Position numbers and translations under genes: made by a program. DNA of 64,000 nucleotides from Phoronis australis (lineage: Eukaryota; Animalia; Phoronida), in assembly GCA_002633005.1 (NCBI GenBank), contig NMRA01000044.1:840074-904073 (forward strand). The letters run 5' to 3'. Positions within the stretch are counted from its first letter, which is position 1; the number at the start of each line of letters is the position of its first letter. The notes beneath the pieces are model-generated. The model ran no database searches. It was not told the origin of the DNA and saw nothing but the letters and a program-made list of their open reading frames with translations. Below are positions 54,612 through 64,000 of the stretch, piece after piece.

Positions 54612-55808
54612 CTGAAAGGAATTAAAGGATGAAATTTCAAAACAAATGTTTATCTCAGCACAATAATTTGATGGAAATGCTCTAAGAGTCAGTCAAAAGC
54701 AGAGGAATACTCACTATTGATAACAATTAAAAGGAAGTACAATTATATAGTTTTCACATGATGCTTGTATAAGAGGAACACATGGTCTTAATGACTCTTG
54801 TTATTCATCATGACTTCATACAGATTTACAAAACTTCTCAGATATGGAGATGAACTTTACTTCAGGGGAAATCTCAAAATCTTGTCATAAGGTTTTAACA
54901 TTCAGCACTGACACCAGGTTTACAGGCTAATCAAAAATGAACCCACAAGTTTTCAATTTAATTCTGGATTCTTTTGGAAAATCAAATAAATGTGACGCAA
55001 ATTGATTGTTATGGTTAAAGCTATGTGGAAACTGAACGTCCATGAACTGAAGTTCAAGTCTAGTGGAGTTGAAAGAATTACAGATTTACGTCGTTTAAAT
55101 CAAAAACTTCACGAGTTCATTATTTGGACATCCTGCATCATCACCTGGAGTTTACACAGAATAGGACAAATATGAACATTTTGGATTTGTTAGCAAAGAT
55201 GACAAACAGCAGAAATAAGAATTCCAGGAATTTCTGACACTAAACCCCAGCGTACATATTTGAAAAGTGGTATGTTTTTTTCTTTTTTAGTACCCCGAAC
55301 TTAAGCCTAGACGTCAAAATGGAAATTGTGCCTGGAACTTTGACATGCAATGCATAAGAATATGTGTAGTAGAAACTGTTTATGATACCAATGGAACCGT
55401 TAGTTATTTTTATTTTGTAGATACGTGTGCCAACAACATAATGAAATGAAAATATGGCCTGTCTCTCAGTCTTGTTTTTGTTCAACACTTCAATTCAAAT
55501 TGAACATCTAATCGTGGTTCCAAAATTAGGCCTGTGGGTTTATATTTGGAAGGCTTTTTTGCAGAAATTCCCAGAAATTGATCTTGCAGTCAACAAAAGT
55601 TAACACATATTTACAAGTAGGAAACACACGTGAACGTCAACACTGAAGATACAGTGGCAGCACTTGACTGACTTCGCCGAGTTCACCGGCTGAGACATCT
55701 GATTGGTCGGTAAGCCAGAAGTCATTGTTGACAACCAATCAGATAATGTTAGCCGGTGTACCCAGAGAATTCAGTTAAGTCTGTGGCTCAGAAAAGAAAA
55801 TAAACAGG

Positions 55809-55929
55809 CATGGGCGGCGCAGCACTGAAAAAGGTAGGGNNNNNNNNNNNNCCCCCCCCCCAGCCTCCTGTGGTGCACCGCCCGTATACCATATGCAGCC
55901 CCTCCGCCCCCTATGGTGCGCTGCCCAAG
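55809..55929. mobile_element. MITE with TIR CATGGGCGG (contains an 11-N gap)
   Basis: Homologous to 56156..56299. Flanks are ACAGG and ACAGA (4/5 match). Confidence 0.7.
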
Positions 55930-56155
55930 ACAGAGACAGTGCAATGACATGAATAAAACAGAGAAAGTTGAGATTAAGAGATGCGACAAAATGTGCTAAA
56001 CCGAGAAAGCCATGGAACTGAAAATAACCAAAGGCTTCTGGCAGTGAAAAAACAAAATGGGTGCAAACATTACATCGTCTACAGCAGTGAAACACAGGAC
56101 TATATGAAGTGAACATTCAGACGTGCAAGGCTGTCTTGTGAGTGAAGCACTACTT

Positions 56156-56299
56156 CATGGGCGGTGCAGCACTGAAAAAAGTGGGGGGCTAAAGCTCCCT
56201 TAGCCCCTCTGTGGCACACCGCATATAAACCATGTGCGGCGTAGCACTGAAAAAGTGGGGGCTATAGCCCTCCCAGCCCCCTATGGTGTGCCGCCCATG
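56156..56299. mobile_element. MITE with TIR CATGGGCGG and 5-bp TSD TACTT
   Basis: CATGGGCGG ... CCGCCCATG with TACTT on both sides. Internally dimeric. Confidence 0.8.
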
Positions 56300-59261
56300 T
56301 ACTTTGCATTAATTTTTCCCAAAAGTACAAAATTCACATTAAGTGAGTTAAATATTGGGGTGGTGGATTTCATAAAAAATTACAACAAATCCACAACTTG
56401 TTTGTTTTGGAAAACAATTTGTTACGTTTTCTTTAGTATGTCATTGACACAGTAATACGACATGGAGTATTTTGCAACATGGCTATAGTGTAAGTACCCA
56501 GCTCATCAATCATTGCGCTATTAGTCACAAAGAGCCAGAATCCTCAACAAAAAGCAGTGGTGAACATCATAGTGCTGTACGTCACAAGACAGAATTAAGC
56601 AAGACAGATTTGCTCTAAAAGTAATTTGTGCAGAACATTGAAATAAGAACTTGGGTAGACTTACGTTCGTTTTGATGACATCATTTGAGGGGAGGAGAAG
56701 GGGATAAAAACACAGACATGTTTTAGTAAATTATTACACTCTGGTAATTAGAGGAGTATCTACAGAATGCTTTGAACATTTAATGTCGAATTTCGCCCTG
56801 AATGAAAATAGAATTCTACCTTTTACTTTCATAAAATCGGTCTCAAAATAGTTCTTAACCGTTATAGGATTCCAGTCCAGCCACAGGCAGCGCCTAATTT
56901 ACTGTGCCATTTTATAATGCGCAGTTTTAGGGTTGGTCAACCCCAAATAGATCTCAAGCATTTTCTTGACGGTTTCGATTTTCTTGTTGGTGGAAATGGA
57001 ATTCTATTGTGGTAAGGAATATTATGGGACTAGTTTATGAGAGTAAGAGGCCCAATTTGATTTTCATTTTTAGCCAGCTGTGGGTGAAATACGGCTTAAA
57101 TGAACACTGCTTGACTGAACGAGTTCATGAAAATATAAAACTGTACAGTACAGTTCACTTTTTACACAGAATCATAATTCAAGTAAATCATAAATGTCTA
57201 TCACAAAATAATTCATCAGCAGAAGAGCTAGAAAAGTACAATTCACTGTTGCAAAGTCACTGACATAAATACTAATTGTTCAATAAGCAAATCAACAGCT
57301 TACATGTGCCCCCTATTGGTCATATCTTGTAACCTCAAACACTTTTGAAAACTAATATTTCTGTCAAAGTTGCCAAAACCTTTATGAGAGGAATATGATA
57401 AGTGACCAAGAGGTGGCGTACGTAACAACCTGATAGATAATTGTGATATCTGCGGTAAAAATAACCATTGTAACAAAAACCTCATCACCAAGATGTTAAA
57501 TATAACGCTAATTAGCTGTTATGCACAAATCATCAATTACATATTCCCCAACATGAATGTGTCACCATGCGTGAGTCGGCAGAAATCAATGTGGTTAAAA
57601 ATGTTAGTCTTTGGTGCAAATTTCCTAAAAAATGAAAACTTGTGCATAAATATGAAAGTGCTATTTCCTGTAAAACATAACAATCTACAAAAATAATTAA
57701 CAAGTACAAAATATGTGGAAACTAGAGAATATTGAATGTTTTGCATATTGCTGTTGAAAACGTTTGACATTAATTTTGTTAATTTGTCTACTGAAGAATA
57801 TGGATGACACTGGAAAAATGTCCAATTTGACTAACTTCCAAACACCGGGTCTCAGAAATGACCGGCTGGACTAACATGAAACCTTCGGATATGTTCTTCA
57901 TGCACTGTTCCCCAAAATGCTGTTAGGGACAGTTTTTTAATCGATCCACTTTCGCATGAGGGGCTATCGAAAACAGGATTTTAAGGGTTTTTATGAAAAA
58001 ATGAAAAGTTGCATAAAACGGAAATGAAATGCAATATAGAAAACTGTAACAGCGCTATACAGATTTCACCATGAACATTTATATCTAACAAAATTTGGTC
58101 AAATTAATTTGATATTGTTGTTTTGCTATCAATATGCATTTCAGAAAACATATACTTTCACCGAGTTAAAATCTGTAGTTATGTAGATATTTGGTTTAAT
58201 ATGTAGATTTGTCAATTAGGTAAAAAATTATGAGAATTTTTCCACAGAAGAATTTTTAAACGCTTTATTTTTATCTATGAAAAACTTATCAGGGATACAT
58301 TAAAACATGTATGTGGCTCAGAACATTTTATTTGCAATACTGCAAAAGGTTTTTTTCAAAGAAAATGAGGGTAGGGTGAGGGGTAACAAAATTTTACTAG
58401 TGACCTAACGTGCAAAAAGATCTCGAGTAAGCAGACACCGGGGCTAGTATTACGTATTGCTAAAAATGTGATGCAAACATTATGGACTGCCAATGAGAAT
58501 GTATTAGTGACAGTGCATTTATGACTAGCTAAATATGGGTGCAGTTGTCTACCATGCCTCAGTTGATAAAAATAATGCATGCCGATGGTGCTAAATTACA
58601 TAACATTGAAATTCCAAACACACCTGCAAAACCCCATGGCGGCAAGGTCGCTCTAAGTTCGGTTCCACAGAATTTCTTGTCTAACAGTACATATAAAATT
58701 TTCAATGTTTACACCAACCAAAAGCTCGCTTTGCCCAATGAGGCAAGGCCTCACCTCGTGGTGATAACTTCACAAGGCAAGACTCGTTGATGAGAAAATA
58801 ATGCTCTCATACCCACAGTTCTAGTGAGGGGTCAGATAAACTTCTAGATAAAAAATCAAATGTTAAAAACTTACTACTTGTCAATTTAAGAAGAAAAAAT
58901 GACACTATAAATTAAAGTGTTGGTGAGGAATCTGGTACAAAAGACACAACAACTCTTGGCAAGAGAATGAAATGTGATTACTATAACTTTACTGCATAAT
59001 AATTACCGAAAGTTATTAGAAAAAAATTATCTTTAGTAAGAACCATGGCACAGGTACTGGTTACATTACACGTAACATTAAGATTCCAGTGTTCTCACAA
59101 CAAACTCACATTTAAAAGACATTAACAATAGAGTAAATTTATATCTAGATAAAGAATATTTCTGATTTTGTGAATGTCAGTTGCCTAGTTTTTACCTTTG
59201 GATTTTCCAAAAGCCAAACAGACATAAACGTAGTTTTAACTAACTATATAACAAAACTAAC

Positions 59262-59472
59262 CTGGACTGGGTGTCTGTTGCACAATGGCAGGCAGGTTAC
59301 CATCTTCATCATCCCCATCATCGCTGTCGTCAAATATCCAATCAGAAGCCTTCTTCTTGGCCTTTGGTGGGGGTGGTTTTCGAAGTGCAGGAGGCGTTTC
59401 AGGTTTATCTTCAGCTTCTCGCCTAACCCTCACCTTCTTCTGAATAGACCTGCGATGGCTACTTGGGGTTGG
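59262..59472 (-). CDS. EF-hand-like protein, exon
   Basis: Encodes PTPSSHRRSIQKKVRVRREAEDKPETPPALRKPPPPKAKKKASDWIFDDSDDGDDEDGNLPAIVQQTPSP. CCCTCTAG| ... CAG|GTTAGT, phase 0 to 1. Confidence 0.85.
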
Positions 59473-60378
59473 CTAGAGGGAATACAGTTAAAAATTATTT
59501 AAGTATTAAATTATTTTATGTAAGCTATACTGCTTTGTCCTCATTATCATATTGTTTGGATTCTCGGGTCAGTGACCCTCTTTGTTCTACGATTATTGAT
59601 TTAATTGTACCCCGTGACCTCTTTGTAGCTTCGCAGTTAGCGCATATAAATAGTGTTACATAGACTTTTTGAAACTTAATTCATGATTGATGAACATCTC
59701 GAAGCAATACATAAATGAGTTATATTTTATTTGAATATGGGTCACCCAGAGGTGTCTTGATTCAATTTTGAGTTGGCTGCTGTCTACACCAATTGCAACA
59801 AAATACTCAATTCCCTGTAAAACAAAAGGTGTATTCAGTCGTCAACAGAAGTATAGGACTAATATGGACTAACTTTTTCCCAATCAACATTAAATCCTTC
59901 CCCGTAACACAGACGTCTGTGCTATTGCAAGCTCAAAGGAACTGCACCGAGTGTCTGGTTTCAAGTATAGAGCAAGACCTTAAATAACAAGTTACCACAA
60001 TTGAATGGAAAGATGACATTCAATGATGTGTGGCGAGGATTCAAAGGACCTTCGTTTCTTTAAATAACAACAGCACATCTGCCGAGCTACAATCCTGGCC
60101 CCTGACTCTTTCCAAATTTCCACTTTGGATTTCTACATCGTTTTCACTCCGATTGCTCTTTGATTATCGTGTGGATACATATGATCAACTTTCATAGACG
60201 ATGCTCACGTGTTAAATATACAAGGACTTGATGTGGATATGCACTGGTCAGATGTCATGGACGAAATTGTTTTCAGAAAACGGAGCAAAACATTAGGATG
60301 GTACATATCTACAAATATATCTTTGCTAGTTATTTGTTTCAAAGTGTAAATAATTACCAAAAAGTTGAGAGTACTCAC

Positions 60379-60485
60379 GGTAATGCCGGAGATTGACTGG
60401 TCTGATTGACTGCTGACTCCCAGATGGAGGGTGGGGTCCTCGTGGATCTGGACTGATGGTAAACTGGGAGTGGTGGACTGGAAAA
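60379..60485 (-). CDS. EF-hand-like protein, exon
   Basis: Encodes (L)FQSTTPSLPSVQIHEDPTLHLGVSSQSDQSISGIT. TTTATCCCAG| ... |GTGAGT. Its phase (1 to 0) links both neighbouring exons. Confidence 0.8.
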
Positions 60486-62580
60486 CTGGGATAAAAGAAA
60501 CAAGAATCAGTAGAAAGGAGTCAGATTAGATGCAGATTTTTACATCACCATTCCTGTTAAACAGCCCGAGTGCAAAATAGCAGACAATTTATTTTCCTTT
60601 AAAAGCCTCTTTCAGTCCATCACGTTTCTTATTTTTTTGGAAATAAACTCTGTTTAAAAATATTAATTTCTTTAACTTTAATTTCTGAATTTCTGATGTT
60701 ACACTGATAAAATGGATGGCACATCTGAATGACTTTAAACTTCATATTTTATAAAGTTAAAAATAAAGTAGAAATGAAAATGTATAAAGAGCTCTTTGAT
60801 TTTGTTTTTTTATTTCTGATTATGGTTCTTTTTTCAGGTGACATCTTTTATGTGAGACACCGTCGTTATTCTAAACTGGTAAAAACAAAGGGCATCTTTA
60901 ACATTTTGCAACTCACATCTCACCCTGTGCATAATCAAATTAGGATAAATTGAAGTGAAACAACACTTGACAACAGAATTATTTTAAGTGAATAGTTCTG
61001 ATTGAAAATAATCAAACCACCAACAATACATTAAACACACAAAATAGTCATTTAGAAAACACATCACTACTTTCAAGCACAGTTGTTAACTGAGGTGCTG
61101 GCCAGATTAACAGTGCACCCTGGTGGACTACGTGTGACCTGGGATATGTTAATTAATTAAAAGCAAGTCATTCATTGGTTTGGTAAGTTCACACAAAATT
61201 GTGCTAGTGTTACGTTATTGCTTGTAATTGGCAAGTATGTTACAATACAAGCCAAAAGTATTCAAACAAAATGACCTGGAATTTCCCCCACCATCAGGAC
61301 GGCCAGGCAGAATTCGAATTCATCGTTAGAATAGGCTTCTCTCGCAAATTAGAATGAAGGAAAATTATCAAGAAAGTTATTAACAGGTGGCTAAGCCATT
61401 CTGCAATTTTAATTTTGCCCCCAAAATACTTATTACGAGGTATTATTGCTGTTAACAGATTTATAGCCGTCATGACGGGGAAAACGATGTTTAGTCTGAA
61501 TAATTTTGCCTTGAGCTGTAACTATGGCCACCACCTGATCAGTATCTTTACTTTACTGAATACTTACCATGCTAAAGTGAAGACTTCAAATTTCAACACA
61601 ATAAAGTAGGAAAAATAATATTTCTCAAAAATGATCACAATGGTTTCATGAGTTTACACTGTACTTTTGGTGAAGTTTTGAACCCAATTTGTACTGTGCA
61701 AAAAGTGGTATTTGTCAGAAATAGAAGATTCTTTCATTTCACAAGTCCATTGCCTATGTTACCAATAAGTCACTACCTCAGTTCAAGCCTTTGTAAGTGC
61801 TTTTCTGAATTTCACCAAGTTTTGTTAGGTTGCTATGACGACATAAGCAATCATGACAGACACAAAATATATGCTATGGCTCTTCCTTACGATGAACAAT
61901 GGGGAAGGTTTAACCAGTCAAGACACGGTTGTACACCATCTTCACAATAATGACAAAAACAAACAGGGTGAAAATACATTCAAACGTTGCTTAACAGGAG
62001 GTATTTTCATTAGATATTTATTAAAAAAACACAAACCTAGCTTAATATCAAATTCAGACTAATTTGATATGATGCCAGAGGAGCGGACAAACAAACAAAG
62101 GATTACAGAACCTCTATCAATAAATGACAAATTAGCATTCAATGATTGCTGATCAAGTTAATACAAGCTTTGTGTTATTGGCAACCAACCCCAAGCTACA
62201 GTGAAATCTCATCAACTTCAGACAAAAATGATTGTCAAAATTGCCTTTCTTCATTTTTCAAAAATCTGCTAAATTTGTTACGGATGCCCATTATTTTTCA
62301 AAATATTCTCTGGCAGTACAGAGCATGAGCATGGTAGGAATGTGTCAATACATAACTACTGGGAAAAATGAGAAAACATAAATTTCACTTGTCCGCTCAA
62401 GTGTATCCTAAATTGGTGAGACTTTACTGCACAATAGGTACAAAACGTTAGCGTGAATGACCGTCCTAATTCCCCCATAATACCACTGATTACTTCCTGT
62501 ATTGATGTTAGTGACACAAAGACAGTTTAACACAGCAGGCACCCCGACACCACCAACAACACTGAGACGACTCCACTCAC

Positions 62581-62970
62581 GCCTGTCTTCATCGTAGCAG
62601 CTATCGTCGCTACTCGTTGCGACATCCGACAGCTCTATTCCACCAGCGCCATCTGCAGCATCTTGATTCGGATCTTGAGATTTCTTCTTTCCCTTTTTCC
62701 GCTTACTTTTCACTAATCCTGGAATCACACGCACTTTTTCTTTTTCCTTTCGTTTGACAATACTCTTCTTCTTTGCCTCCAACGGAGGCTTTTTTTCAAG
62801 ATTCTCGACGGCATCTTTCGACGGTGGATCCTCTTTCACCAGTTTCACATCATCCGAGACAGTAGCGTCCTCTGGAGTCTTTACAGCCAATGGCTGCGGC
62901 AAGGCGAGCATTATCATCTTGCGTCTGTTTCCTTTGGGCCGTGACAATGATGGCACAGTTGTGACAGGAG
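62581..62970 (-). CDS. EF-hand-like protein, Lys-rich exon (most 5' exon found; the gene continues beyond the window)
   Basis: Encodes PVTTVPSLSRPKGNRRKMIMLALPQ...KSKRKKGKKKSQDP...SSDDSCYDEDR. TTTCATTAG| ... C|GTGAGT, 390 nt, phase 1-1. Confidence 0.82.
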
Positions 62971-64000
62971 CTAATGAAAGTCAAGCAGGAACAGTGACAA
63001 TTCAAGGATCAGAGTGCCATAGTGACTATACAACTTACGTGTTCCATAATAGTTGCCGACCGCTTACAAAAGAGACTTAAAACATTAGGCACTTTAGAAG
63101 ACAAATTCTAAAAATGTTTCGTCATTTATACTATATCCATATTTGTATTGTAGCACAGAAATTGTACTTTACAAAATATCTGCCACAGCTTCAAAGTTGT
63201 GTTTGTAAAACCCCATGCAATGCCATCTTTGAAAACAGTTTGTTTTACGTCATGGTTTGGGGTGGAACACTTTGTTTCAGCTTTTTAATATTACGAGTTA
63301 GTGTTCCAACTTACACGTGGTAATAGAATGGAGCCATTGTTATGTGCCATTGTTATGCGCCACAGCCAACTTGATTTATTCTACCTTGAAGTTAGTGATT
63401 CAAATTAGCACTGCATAGGTCTTTGAGATGAAGCAAACACTGAACATTTCATCAAAGTAACATAGCAGCATAAGAGTATTCACAATTACAGACAGAAGCA
63501 TGCAGCAAGTTACAAAATGTTAATTGTTAAATCACATGTAACATTTACAACCAGTTATAGAATTATTCCCCACCGCAGTTATTAAATACGGAGTGCATGC
63601 AGAGAGTTACACAACACTGTTTATCTGATACACCACGTGTAACATGTATAAGAAGTTGCAGATTTCTTCATCCTTGTCATTACAAGTGCATGCGGTAAGT
63701 TACACACTAAGTTAATTTTGTTACGCCACATTAGCATACATTATATAAGACCAAAAACATAATTGGTTCTGGGCATGCAGTACCCTATCTCAATTTGAGA
63801 CCTGAGCTCACATATTAAAGAATCACCAGTCAAACATAAATTTCAGCCAAGGTCTAACAAGGTTTAGAACACCAGGATTTGTCTAGAGATGAGTAAAAAC
63901 AAATCTTGCATCCCAGGTGGATTTGTTTAAGAAAAATTGAGCAACTAAAAATACCGACTCGATTTTATAAAAGGGGAGACTTTTTAAGAACTGTGATTTT

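Noticed and set aside
61119-61138. Possible 20-nt micro-exon of the EF-hand gene
   Set aside because: The donor is weak, it contains an in-frame TAG in the required phase, and the flanking exons already join in frame.

Overview
This is AT-rich, intron-containing animal (invertebrate-type) genomic DNA, not prokaryotic, and almost all of the supplied ORF track is noise. I reconstructed three spliced genes by hand from GT-AG sites with consistent phases. (1) On the + strand, a 270-aa single-FN3 type I membrane protein resembling the FNDC4/FNDC5 (irisin precursor) family: join(9599..9689,25346..25642,28179..28603). (2) On the - strand, a complete 181-aa TTC36: complement(join(40006..40160,40909..41010,41651..41833,44687..44792)). 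(3) On the - strand, the last 10 exons (about 556 aa, 5' end outside the window) of an uncharacterised protein with a long Lys/Pro/Ser-rich region and a C-terminal EF-hand-like domain (49281..62970). The rest holds transposon debris: Kolobok-like TTAA elements (one with a frameshifted THAP domain), GC-rich MITEs with 5-bp target-site duplications, tRNA-derived SINE heads, a LINE RT relic and tandem repeats. There are also assembly gaps and a visible CpG-rich versus CpG-poor mosaic. Family assignments come from recalled motifs; no searches were run.
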